NCBI RefSeq assembly: GCF_025526975.1
Contig: NW_026515689.1
Coordinates: forward strand, 496,001-534,323
DNA: 38,323 nt
Origin: Fimicolochytrium jonesii
Lineage: Eukaryota
Direction of reading: 5' to 3'
Below, one piece after another: positions 1 through 11,229 of this stretch. Each line of letters opens with the position of its first letter. The stretch's first letter is position 1. The notes beneath the pieces were generated by a model. The model was not told where the DNA came from. It did no database searches and saw nothing but the letters and a program-made list of their open reading frames with translations. Made by a program: the position numbers and the translations under genes.

Positions 1-1298
1 CGGACTTTCCTTCCGTTGACATCGACCTCCTTGTCACTACCAACCACGGCGAACGGAATGCGGGCCTGCGAGACAACCGAAATCAGAAGGGCGTGCTTCC
101 TCCGAGCACGAAATCAGGTTATACATACGATGATGTCCTTATTCTCGGCAATGGTTTCTGGGTCCTCGTTGTCGTAAACTGGTGGCTGATATATCTGGAT
201 CTTGTTCTGGTTGATGTCATCAAGGATCTGATGGTCGCATCGTCAAAATCAGACCTCCGCAATACAACCATAGCTACGCGCGCAACGATTTAATCCACAA
301 CATACCCTGATCTTGAACGCCTTGATCTCATCTTCCGTCAGCGTATCAGATTTTGCAATGACAGGGATCAGATTGACACGCGATGCAAGGTGGCGCATAA
401 ACTCGATGTCCAAGGGCTTCAGAGAATGTCCCGTTGGTGCAATGAAGTACAGGCAGGCGTGGACACGGGTGTCGACGACCCGCTTGCGGTTGACTCGGTT
501 CTCCTGGTCCAAAAACGCATCGTACCGGGCCTCGATGTTTTCTAAGATCGGGCGCCAGCTCTCCTCGTTGTTGACGAAGTCACCGAATCCGGGAGTGTCG
601 ATCACGGTGAGCTTCAGCTTAACACCGTTCTCCTCAATGTCTACGTCGACGCAAGTCCGTCAGTACCCTCCCACCAAAGTCCCCTGGCTCCCTCTCGAAG
701 TTCGGAATCCCCCAATCATACCAGCGCTGATGGCCTGAATATCAACGGTTTTGGCGGTGTCGTGGGTGGGTTCCTTGTTCTCCTTATTGGGATACAGCGA
801 GGTGTTGAAAAGGGTGTTGATCAAGGTGCTCTTTCCCAGACCAGATTCACCTACAAGAGTACACACCCATCAGTTTCGCCGGTCGCATGAGTTTCCCGCT
901 CCACAAATGAATCAGCTTCCTCACCGACAACCATGAGGGTGAATTGGAAACCCTTTTTTATCGATTTGCGGTGAACCTGGTTCGGGAGGTTGTGGAAACC
1001 AACATATCCGGCAAGCTTCTTCTTGACGATGGGGATCTGGCGCGCGAGAATTGTGCGACTATCATCAGCATCCAACCTTATGGCAACGGAAAGCCTTGGA
1101 AGAGCGGCGCTTACTGAAAGGTCTACAATTTCCAAGTTCGTCAGGTAGCGATTGTTAAACGTTAGTGGAGATTCCCGGTTCGTCCGTCCGTGGTGTCAAA
1201 ACGAAGTGGTGGACCACCCCTTCTCCTCTCTCGACCGTATCCCGCAGTGAAAGTTCGCCCGTATGGTGCCCATCAGCATCCGCTAACTTACCGGCCAT
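1..1298 (-). CDS. CDC3: Septin, Cdc3/SEPT7-like; multi-exon, 3' end runs off the window
   Basis: Exon fragments give [43 protein letters not shown] (P-loop), [32 protein letters not shown] and [10 protein letters not shown], all septin motifs. The start ATG at 1298 (ATGGCCG|GTAAGT) is tentative. Confidence 0.9.
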
Positions 1299-2362
1299 GT
1301 TTGCGAAACTAAAGGGAGAATAGGGCGAGGGCGAGAACGTGTTAATTGCTGATTTTCCCACGCTCGCTGATCAGCAAGTGCGGCCTTCAAGAACTCGCTG
1401 ATCTAAGAGACGCTTCTCCCTGGACCGTGCACGTCCTGCTTCTCTACCGCAGCCTCACCTTAGTTGTCAGCCAGGTCCGTGTGAGTGTTGGGGTCCGCTG
1501 CGTGGAGCACCTGTGATTTCCTGTCGTTTGCAGAAGCTCTCACGAACGGCAGCTTTCGGGTGACCTTTGGGCGGCGTGAAATTCCCTGTGGCGACGAACG
1601 ACAACCGCGTCCATATGTTGGTGATAGCATACAGTATGTACGTACATACCGTACTTAAGGTAAATAGATGCTGATCATGCCAACAAAAGCAACCAATCAG
1701 CAACTCACTACAGCCACGCAAGCCACATGCGCCTCCGAAAATGTCCAAAGCGACGGGAACGCCAGAAATGTGCTCGTTGGCGTCGTTTGAAAACGTTGAC
1801 TTTGGGGGGCACGCTCTTAGATTTAGCAGGCCTAATCAAAATGTCTCTGCAGAGGGCGAGAAGCAAAAATTTCCAGGGCGCGCGCCTGGAACCAACCGCC
1901 ACAACGGGCCGCTGTGTCTCTCTCTCTCACATCATCATCTCTTTCTTTGCAGGCCCCGTGAAACTCGGCGTGATACCTGACGGACGGCCGGCTCTTGGTG
2001 GTGGGAAACAGTACAGTACGTGAATATTCTCGTGGGAAGCCAGCAACGATACAGTCTTCAGCATCCTCCAGCCGCTAGTTGTCACCAGCCTTCTCGTAGC
2101 TGACTTGTGTGCAAGTTTCGTCGCCCTTCCGTGTCTTGCCTTCGGTGCTCCGGTGTGTGTTCCGCGCTTCTTTCGACAAAGGATCAACAAGGCGTCGGCA
2201 GCCCCACAGTACAGTGTCAGGATTGGAGCACCCCCAGCAGAGAAGAGGATTTGGCGGACCCTAGTATTTGCATAACCGCAGGATACGTTGCAAGGGCTTA
2301 GGCCCGCCCTTCTCACCACCTCGGCGCAGAAGTACAAAGCTTTCTTCCCACAAAGGTCAAAC

Positions 2363-3724
2363 ATGGCATTTAAGTTCTCATGGTTGGCTTTAGCCGCATT
2401 CCCCTTGCTCGTCCTCGGACAGACGCCGTTGCCTCCCGCCGCGACTACCCTCAGCACCGCTGTGCCCCCCGCAGCACCCGTACCCGCTTTCCCAGAAGGC
2501 GGCCCTTGTTCGGATAATACTCAGTGTTCCGTGAGCCCGGGGACCGTGTGTGTAACACTGCCAGGGCAGACCTTGGGAACCTGCAGACGAGACGCTACAC
2601 CAACAGGGAGTAGCTCTGGCATCACCACGGTGTTCCCGGTCAGGACGCAATCTAGCCCTCGGCCAACGGCAACAGCAATACCTTGCACCTCTACGGCTCC
2701 TGCAGCTGCTATCCTCGCGATATGTGGTGCAGGGAATGCCTGTGTGAACGGTTTTTGTCAACTCACACCCGAAGAACGTGTAACTCGAGCATCAGGCGGT
2801 CTGTCGACGGCGTTGATCGTGATGATAGTTGCAGCGGCGGTGTTGGGGTCGGCGGCCCTAGGCTTGGTGACGTGCTTTTGCATGAACATTTGCTGCTTCG
2901 CTCACCGAAGCAAGCATCGGAAGGAGAACAAGACTCGGACAGCTGCGGCGGCTGGGAAGGCCCAGGTGCTGGATGCGGAAGACGACGGCTTCGGCGATCG
3001 GCACCGAAGTTCCGCCCACTTCAGCAGACATCCCTCCCTCTCGTCCCAGTTCAACAACCGAAGTTTCAATAAATTGGAGAGGGAGCAGCAACGCCTAGAT
3101 TTCTCACGCGCACCATCACATTTTGGCACCATCAATACCAGCGGCGTTGCTCTCGTCCCAGAACATCATTTCACACCAAACAGCACCCAAGCCTATCGCC
3201 AATCCTATTTTTCCCACATTGACCGCCACTCCCCATTCGACCCATCTCACAACCCAAGCGCCAGCGAACACTCCCCTGCACTCGAAAACTTCCCTCCCAA
3301 CGCCGCTTATTCACATCAAGCACACACGCACCAACCATCCGCCCTCGCTTTCCCTGCTGCAGCACACCACCCACACCATCACAACTCGGCCTCGGTCCCG
3401 TACGCCGCCGTAGCCCTCGCCCCAGCAGCAGACCTCTACCACTACCCCCAACCCCCACCACCGACAACCCAAACCGACATTTACCCATCCCCACCAGAAC
3501 ACTGCGAGTTCGGCTACTGGGACGCCCAACGGCGGTTCCACCAGGGCTTCCAGGAAGCTGACGGGACCGTGCACAGGGGATATTGGGACGAGGAAGGCAA
3601 TTTCTGGAACCTGTCGTTACCCAGAAATCACCCGGATGGGTCAGTGGGAGACGATGCGAGGGACTTGCAGTCAGGGACAGAGTCGCATACTATGGCTACC
3701 TCGACAACGTCGGATTATCCGTAG
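2363..3724 (+). CDS. Type I membrane protein: signal peptide, two Cys-rich extracellular modules, TM helix, low-complexity cytoplasmic tail
   Basis: Signal peptide MAFKFSWLALAAFPLLVLG. Cys modules CSDNTQC..C..C and C..CGAGNACVNGFC. TM ALIVMIVAAAVLGSAALGLVTCFC followed by basic residues. Single ORF. Confidence 0.8.
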   Translation: MAFKFSWLALAAFPLLVLGQTPLPPAATTLSTAVPPAAPVPAFPEGGPCSDNTQCSVSPGTVCVTLPGQTLGTCRRDATPTGSSSGITTVFPVRTQSSPRPTATAIPCTSTAPAAAILAICGAGNACVNGFCQLTPEERVTRASGGLSTALIVMIVAAAVLGSAALGLVTCFCMNICCFAHRSKHRKENKTRTAAAAGKAQVLDAEDDGFGDRHRSSAHFSRHPSLSSQFNNRSFNKLEREQQRLDFSRAPSHFGTINTSGVALVPEHHFTPNSTQAYRQSYFSHIDRHSPFDPSHNPSASEHSPALENFPPNAAYSHQAHTHQPSALAFPAAAHHPHHHNSASVPYAAVALAPAADLYHYPQPPPPTTQTDIYPSPPEHCEFGYWDAQRRFHQGFQEADGTVHRGYWDEEGNFWNLSLPRNHPDGSVGDDARDLQSGTESHTMATSTTSDYP

Positions 3725-4315
3725 GTCATCCACCTAATCTGGGTGCGGACCATTTAGATACGTCTTGAACTATATCCCCTCCGTAATATTTGCCGGCGTA
3801 ATCCCCACGTTATTTTTGAAATATCTGTACCGCCCTCTCTGTAACCAGCGTCGTGTTTAGGTCCGCCCTATGTCGTCCTCCTCTCCCGACCTCATGGCCC
3901 CGCCTCCCTCTCTCGCACATGTTGGAGTGTGTGTCTGTACCAGCGTACATAGTGTCTGTATAAATATTATCACTTTGGTTTATGCCCAGTATCCTTCGCT
4001 CAGCGCTCTCTTGCAAATCCCGTGTTTCCTGGCGCTTTTCGTCGACGCTAGCGAGGCTCCCGAGACGAGAAGTCCTTCATATTCTAACCCTTGCTGCCCG
4101 CAGTTGATCTTGATAAAGAACCTTCGACCAGCAGGTCAGCAGCAGTTAGCGGGATTCAATTGTGGAAGGGCAAAGATATGACTTGGCCGTCATCAACGGC
4201 AAGTTGGCAATAGAGTCTGAGGCCCCGAAGGTCGTCGGTCATCCAGGACAACCACACCTTCTCTTCCCATTTTCACTCAGGCCTAATTTAGCCTCAAACC
4301 CCGTCAGAGCGGCAA

Positions 4316-4919
4316 TCAGGTCCGCCACAGCTTCATGAAATGCCTCAATACTATCGTCGCGTCGTCGTCGTTGTTCTCCAGCGACCCATCGGGTAAATGC
4401 ATCCGCCGCCCCCTCACGAACCAGCCCAGGATGCAGCGCGATGCTATCGTCGCATTATCCATCCTCGTTGCGCCAGTTGAAACTGCCGATGGATGCTTGG
4501 CCCTAATCCACTGCAAGGTAAGCTCGTCGCGCTGCCGTTGCGCGTTTTCGAGCTCAGCGAGCCGAGTTTCGATGTTTTTGAGCGAGGTTTTGAGCGACTT
4601 GAGTTTGGGTTGCCGTTCTTCGCTGGCGGCACGGACTACGCCTTGGATGTCGGTGAGCAGGTTTGCGCTGGGCTTCGGGATTCACCATCTTGGCGTGCGA
4701 CCTTGGGTGTGCGGGATTCGGCGTGAGAAATCTGCGATTGAGGTCGCAATTGATGCAAGACCTTTCAGGCTTCGAGCGGACTCCAGCAGCCAGTTGCGTC
4801 TTCTCTCCCTCTTGAGACTGACCTTGAGACTGACCTAGGACGGGGTTCAACGTGGCCGTTTTCAAATTTGCACTTTCCGTTTTTTGCTGTACTCGGGTCT
4901 GGCTCACTGACACAAGCAT
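4316..4919 (-). CDS. Hypothetical small coiled-coil protein; structure uncertain
   Basis: An open frame from about 4680 to 4316 reads KLKSLKTSLKNIETRLAELENAQRQRDELTLQWIR...HFMKLWRT*. Joining it to an upstream start would need an intron I could not fix. Confidence 0.3.
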
Positions 4920-5184
4920 ATTTCAGAACAAAAGATATATCAAACTCAATATGGCCTCACAGGATTTTTTTGCCTAACCGATGATGTCTTTTGTATTCAC
5001 ACTTGCAGGAGATTGATTAAGAAAAGGAAAAAGAGTATCTACGATTCTAAACTAGGGGGTAACAAAATCTAATGTACTGGTATGATGATGTTGGTCACAG
5101 AGGGTGTAGGAGCAGCCCCAGACCCGTACGGTATCACGAGAGGTCCCGGGAGCGGTCTCACGAGCGAATGTTGATCAGGGTTGT

Positions 5185-6135
5185 TCATGCGCGGTCCTTG
5201 TTCTTGTGGCACTTCTTGGGAGGAGTGGTGGGTTCGGCTGTTGGCTCAGCGGTAGGCTCAGCGGTAGGCTCAGCGGTGGGTTCAGCTGTAGGCTCGACGG
5301 TGGGCTCGGCAGTAGGCTCGGGGTTTTCCGTGGGCTCCTGAGTGGGCTCAGCGGTGTGGGTGGGCTTAGTGGAGGAATGTTCCTTGGTGGAGGAGTGGGC
5401 CTTGGTGGAGGAGGAGCGGGGCTTCCGTGTGGAGTGACCCGTCTGTGTGGTGACAGGGGGTACGGGGGCACCACCGCCAGAGACCTCGATCTTTTGAGCA
5501 CCGTTCTTGAAGGCATTCTTGTAAAGACGGCCTTCCTGGTTGTCGGAGGGGAAACCGGGGACGCCAAAGACGTGGTCGCGGAGCTTGATTCCACCGGTGA
5601 CGGTACCCTTCACGTCGGAGACGACCGAGCAGTCGAAGCAGTTCTCGTAGTACTCAGCGGCGGCGTTCTGGGGGTTGGGGATCCACGACCATGAGCAGAC
5701 GTATTCACCGGCGGGCAGGTTGGCGGGGATCTGGAAGGGGACTTTGCGTCCAAGGTCGGGGCACTTGGCGGCGACGGAGAAGACGGTGAAGTCGTCAATG
5801 GTGGGGTTTTGCTTGGAGGTGATAGACAGAGCGCATCCACCTCCACCGTGAAAACCGTTGATGTCGTTGGAGCAGATCTGGACGGCGTTGTCGGGGTTGC
5901 CGACGGCCTCACCACAGGTGACTGGAACAGAGAGAGTCTGACCAGCGCGAATCTGGAGCTTGCCCTTTCCGGTGTGAGGCTTTTGGCCGGCGCAGAACCA
6001 ATTCTTGGTGCCTTGGTTCAGAGGGTTCTCGAGTGACGTCTTGAGGCCCCAGACTGAAGGGTGGTTGAAGACTTGATGCGCCTGCGCACCAACCGTGAGA
6101 GCAGCCAAAGCAACGAGAGCAGTGCGGGCAACCAT
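5185..6135 (-). CDS. Secreted lytic polysaccharide monooxygenase-like protein (AA14-like) with a Thr/Glu/Pro-rich tail
   Basis: The signal peptide ends AQA and is followed by His1 (HQVFNHPSVWG). A second His in GFHGGGGCAL, then DFTVFSV..C, FQIPANLP, CSWSW and EYYENCFDC resemble recalled AA14 motifs. Confidence 0.75.
   Translation of the reverse strand: MVARTALVALAALTVGAQAHQVFNHPSVWGLKTSLENPLNQGTKNWFCAGQKPHTGKGKLQIRAGQTLSVPVTCGEAVGNPDNAVQICSNDINGFHGGGGCALSITSKQNPTIDDFTVFSVAAKCPDLGRKVPFQIPANLPAGEYVCSWSWIPNPQNAAAEYYENCFDCSVVSDVKGTVTGGIKLRDHVFGVPGFPSDNQEGRLYKNAFKNGAQKIEVSGGGAPVPPVTTQTGHSTRKPRSSSTKAHSSTKEHSSTKPTHTAEPTQEPTENPEPTAEPTVEPTAEPTAEPTAEPTAEPTAEPTTPPKKCHKNKDRA
5227..5355 (-). repeat. Coding 12-bp tandem repeat (TAEP)n in the LPMO linker
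   Basis: Units such as ggctcagcggta repeat. The protein reads PTAEPTVEPTAEPTAEPTAEPTAEPTAEP. Confidence 0.9.
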
Positions 6136-7446
6136 ATTGAAATAATCTGTTGTTGTAGGTAATGATAATGGGGAGGAAATAGAGTTAACGGTGAGCTTTG
6201 CGAGATGCGTCGTTCTCTTTATACCCCGCCCGGCCTAGCGACTGAGAGGCTTTCCCACTCTTGGCGAGGATCCGCCGAAAGTCGAGAAAGTTCTTTCACA
6301 CCGCCTCCCGATGAGGCGCTGCCCACACCGACGAGTACATGTGCATGTGCACACAGGACGCGGATTTAGAAGCGACCTTCGCTATCATACCGTGCACGGC
6401 GAGCCCGAGGGCTGACAAAACGGAGTTGACCAACGTACCTGCTGGGTATTACTGTTCTTGGATGTTAGGTGAGGTACAAGAGGCGGGGCGAGGCTGTCCG
6501 CTCTCTTTAATGCTTTTCGTGCCTGCCGCTGTCGATGACATGGTCATCACCGCCTTTCCTTTTCGCCTCTTCCGAGAGGTATCCGCCCCAAAGGCTACAA
6601 ACCACCTATGACCGTGCTGCGTACACAGGCTGCGGCTGGCTGGATCCCAAAGGAAGCGATGGGAGGTGATTATACCGCTTTCCTCCTTGTGGGAAAGCAG
6701 ACCAGCAACCACAACTTTGTTGGCGGTGCGCCCGCATGCAAAGCAAATTTCTCACCCATATGGCAAAATTTCGCTGATGTGGTTGTGCGCGGCGGATCAA
6801 ACTGTTTATGCCGGCAACTTCGACACATATTATCTTCCATTGTCCTGGTTCACGGAAGAGTCTTTGGGACCTGGTACTTGTCACAAGCGCCGCTCGTTCC
6901 GTCTAATAAAAGTCTGGTCGGCCGTAAGCGGCTCGTTTGGACGGCGGCGCGGTACGAGTACTACGAGACTACGAGGGCCACCCGAGTCCCGACTACCAGG
7001 AAGGACTGCATGGTTTTTGTATGGTTTTTGACGATTGATCAACACCGTGATTTTTTTGGCTGACGGGGATATCCACTTTCAATGACAATTCGGGGTCATT
7101 GATGGTCTGTCATTGTGCCATGTTGGCGACATATGCGATAGGGTGCCAACAACGCGTAGTGATCCTACCCCGCACGCGCTGTCGCTTTTTTGGTTTCCCT
7201 CCGCTCTGTCAAAACACCTTGAATTGAAAAAGCAGTCCAGGCACAGTCCAAGACAACTGCTAAAATCGGCTGTCGAATAAACATGGATGCCACTCTCTAT
7301 TTGTCGGAGCGAGTCCGAATCCGGCTTCCATATAAGTTGAGCTGGGTCTGCTGTCCCCCGGTGCAGGCCTCTCAAACTCACAACTCTGTCTGACTCGCCT
7401 GGCCACTTTCAAAGCGACCCCATAATTCCTACCCTCCCATACACAA

Positions 7447-9128
7447 ATGAGCAGAATGGCAGACGCTGAAGGCAAAGGCGACGGTGATGCACGGGCGACG
7501 ACGCCTTGGTGGAAAGGCGGCTTCAAAGTTCCATTCGCTGTAGCTCTCCTTGGCGTCACTATAGCAACGGCGGCTGCCATCGCCGCACCCCTGGGGGTAC
7601 TATCCTTCAGCGGAGCCACCAAGTCAACCGATACCATGACTGACGCCCTGCGTGGCCGACTTGTGGCCACGGCATCCGACTCCGTGCTGCGTCTTAGCGA
7701 CAAGTGCTTTGCGGCAGTTGATGACATCCGGAATCTTCAATCGGTCGGGACTTACTTTGCGGCCTATGACTTAGATAAATCAAAACGCATCACTCAGGCT
7801 CCTTACGCGGATAGCCTGATTAATGACCTCATCACCGTTGCAGAAAGATACAATTTTACCGTGGCATTCAATGTTGCGACAAGACTGCCGGGTATCGGTG
7901 GCGCTGAGAATCTGTTACTCGGGGCAAAGAATGCTCAGGGCTTTTACGAAGGCCGCCGCTGCAACGAGCTCAATGCAACCTTCCAGATATGTGATGGCGG
8001 TGCCTTCTCTCAGAAAGGCAACGTGTGGAATCGGACCGTGGACTTCTACGCCTTCTCAACTTTTGAAGTACCGAAGACGAGCGAGATGTTCCCAGCGAGC
8101 GAAAATGGGTTGTGGCTGCCCACGGTGATTTTTCCCTACAATGGGCAACACATACCCACCAAGGTTTGCTATAAAGCGCCGTCTTTCCTAGATCGAACCC
8201 CGCAGACCGATTTTTATGCCGGGATGGGAAATTACACTGCAATGTTCTCCGGGGTGTACCGGCTGGCGTCAATTTCGGAATACCTGATGACGGTGGTCCC
8301 GACAAAGAACGCTGTGCTCGCCGTGTTTGACATTCCTCATGGGGCATTAGTCGGCGTGAGCAAAGCCGGTCTCACGATGAACGCCGACGAGTCCGCGACT
8401 GTCAACATTGCCGACGTTGCCGATCCTCTCTTGCGGGAGTCTGCAACGGCCGTCTACGAGCGATATGGCAAAAGTTGGACTGCCTTACCCGCGTCGCTCG
8501 ACACGACAGTGAAGACGTCGCAAGGCAATGTGTTGATAAGCACTAAAGCCCTTACAACTGACCAGGGCCTGGCATGGATGCTAGTCATTGCCATCCCCGA
8601 AGACGACCTCATCGGTGATATGGTATGTTCTTTGAAGACGTTAACAACCGCCGCACGTAATTGACGCCTTGCCTTTCAAACAAACCTCCGCGTATCCATC
8701 AGATCCGAGCTCGAAAAGCTGCCATCATCACCGCCATTGTCGTCTCTGTTGGGATGATCATTTTAGCCGCCGTAGTCAGTTATCTGTTTGTCCTGCCTCT
8801 TAAGCATCTCTCCACCGTCATGCAGGCCGCCACCAAGTTTGATTTCTCGGTCGTCAACTCCAGTAAATCCAATAAGAGATCGTTTCTCAACGAACTGGCG
8901 AACATGCAAGGTATTTGTTTCGCGCTTAGACTATAGAGTCTCGGAGCCACAAATGCTGACATCCATCTTCTCCCAGATGTGTTTTACATCATGCTAACCA
9001 AGTTTGCGAAGGCCATCGAGGCCAACAAGAGTCTCCAGAGGGGCAAAGGGAACCCAACGACCTCTGCGCAGCAAGCTTCCGTAATACATTCGGCAAGCAC
9101 AAAAAACCAATCCGGAGCGGCGCTTTGA
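7447..9128 (+). CDS. Two-TM sensor-like protein: TM, Cache-like extracellular domain, TM, HAMP-like segment, no catalytic domain. Exons 7447-8622, 8703-8910, 8977-9128
   Basis: N-terminal TM, GLAWMLVIAIPEDDL (Cache C-terminal pattern), second TM AAIITAIVVSVGMIILAAVVSYLFV, then PLKHLSTVMQAATKFDFS...FLNELANMQDVFYIMLTKFAKAIEANK. Both GT-AG introns keep the frame. Confidence 0.75.
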
Positions 9129-9246
9129 GATGGAGTTTTAGACATTTTACTTGACAATGCAGTTTTATCAATGCAACTGAATTATTAGCCCGGAGCGCTC
9201 GTTTTGCTCGCTGCGAATTTGAAACCTCTCTCAAGCTCTTCCGTAA

Positions 9247-9287
9247 AGTCCTCGGAAACTGTCAACAGCGGGTTGTGACAGGATTGC
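9247..9287. repeat. 41-bp direct repeat, copy 1
   Basis: agtcctcggaaactgtcaacagcgggttgtgacaggattgc, 40/41 identical to 11072-11112. Confidence 0.95.
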
Positions 9288-9840
9288 GTAACTTGAGCTG
9301 TCCAGCCAGGCGGCGATATTACTCGTAACAAAGTCAGATTGTTGTCAGACCCGTTTACAAACGTATGGCTTTCTGCAATGATTGTACGGAAACCACCGAC
9401 GAGCCCATACCCCACATAAGTGAAGTACTCGCGGGCCATTGTGTCTATCCTGTTGTATTTACGTGCGTGATAGATCTATCTACCCTTAAAACTTGGGCCG
9501 CACGGGGTTGTACTGTATCATGGCTTGACGAGCGTTTTACATGACTCTGCGACTTGCCACTTGTCGACGGTAGTGCAGGGAGAGTGGGTTGACTTGTGTA
9601 CTAGGTAATTCGAGATCAAAGAGAACTTGTCTGTTAGTATATATATAGGAGGTCCGCCATGTAAGAAATAAAAGATTATGTCTGGGAAAATTTCACCTGC
9701 TGTCTTCGCCTTTGACAGACGCCCGAATTGTTCTTCAGTAGCCATGACACAGGAGCTCTTAAGAGATGATGGAGCTTGTTTTCTATTCCTTTAAGAAAGT
9801 ACCTTTCTACGTACGTAGCACGGAATAGCAGCGAACCACA

Positions 9841-11056
9841 TCATCGAATGGGCTTGCTCATTCTGTCCATCTGATCCACCTTTTGTTTCCGTTTCACCAA
9901 GGCCTTGTGATCGAACTTTGCCAAAAAGTCTGCCATATGTGAATGCAGGCGGTCAAGCTCTTCCTGACGTTCACGCCTATTCTCTTCAATCTGGCGGCGA
10001 AGATGTCCGAATCTATCCTTTTCGAGTTGAGCTCCCAAAATTGACACATTTCCGTGGGATTCGGCGGCCGTGATAACAGGTGTGGTGGTCGACGATGAGT
10101 CTGCCCTGGAGCACAAGTGTTTCAGCGCTTCAATCGTCCAGTCTTTTCGCTGCCCAACAGCATCTGCATAAGCTTCTTGGACGGAATCGCTCCTGGCAAG
10201 AGCTTGGTCAAGTTTCGCCTCGAGGTCGTCAATTTTTATCAATATCGGCGTGATGTAAGTAGCGAGGCCAGGCCGAATTGAAAACAGTGTCCGTGCGATG
10301 GTAGCCAACCAGAAACTTCTTGATACCAGGACCGAGGGCTATGATTGTTGGGACTGGGGACATTCGCCCACTGCGTACGTCTGGCTCCACGGTTGAACCA
10401 GACATGCCCCATACCTTCGAGGCCTTTGAATGCCCGGAGGTCAAAGTCAGGATGGAATCGCCAGGGTTTGAACCCCGTTTTATGCTCAATGGTATCCAGT
10501 CTCTGCTGTTCGATGTGTCGCAGTGTTGACGGACTGGGTTTGTAGAGGGTTCACGTGGAATGGAGGGCTTTTTCATTGGTGTCTTGTGCTTCTTCGATTG
10601 GAGGGTATCTCCCTCTTGAATTCCATGGCTTGACGGCGATGTAATAAATCGGTGATAAATATTTATGTCCAAGAAAGTCCCACAAATCGCATTGTCCTGT
10701 GGAAAATGCACTGCAAATAGTGGGCGGAACTCCATGCGGTACATGTTGGAGGACGCTCCAGTTATCTCCACTTTCCCATCAACTGCGTGCTGTCGCAGAC
10801 TGTCTCTGTACCCCAGCTCCACTGTTGTTGTCCCAGCTTTCACCCGGAGCTTTAGCTCTCGTGCTTCAACATTCAACCCTCTTTGTGGCCCTGCACTGTA
10901 AGGCGATGTGTGGAACTGAAGCGCCGTGCCAACGTAGAAGTTCTTACCGTAAAACTGTGTAATGAGCGGGGTGCCCTGCTTCATATAGTTTGCCACATTC
11001 ATGCGAAGGCGGTTCATTGCCGCGCTTACCAGTGGGGACGCTATTATTCGGAGCAA
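9841..11056 (-). pseudogene. Degenerate Fanzor2/TnpB-like nuclease remnant
   Basis: IIALGPGIKKFLVGY resembles the RuvC-I motif ALDPG..FL.GY with D>G (GAT>GGT). A frameshift near 10280 continues FSIRPGLATYITPILIKIDDLEAKL...KDWTIEALKHLCSRAD. No RuvC-II, RuvC-III or zinc finger was recognised. Confidence 0.55.
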
Positions 11057-11071
11057 GTCACAGGAGGGCGG

Positions 11072-11112
11072 AGTCCTCAGAAACTGTCAACAGCGGGTTG
11101 TGACAGGATTGC
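11072..11112. repeat. 41-bp direct repeat, copy 2
   Basis: agtcctcagaaactgtcaacagcgggttgtgacaggattgc. Confidence 0.95.
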
Positions 11113-11229
11113 CTGCGCAACGTCAACTTGCGAAACGATGGAGTCTATTATATATGTAGTTGAACTGAACCTGAACACCATCAACCATCGTTGGAAGAAT
11201 TACCTGAACTTGCGCGGGCAAGGATAGAT

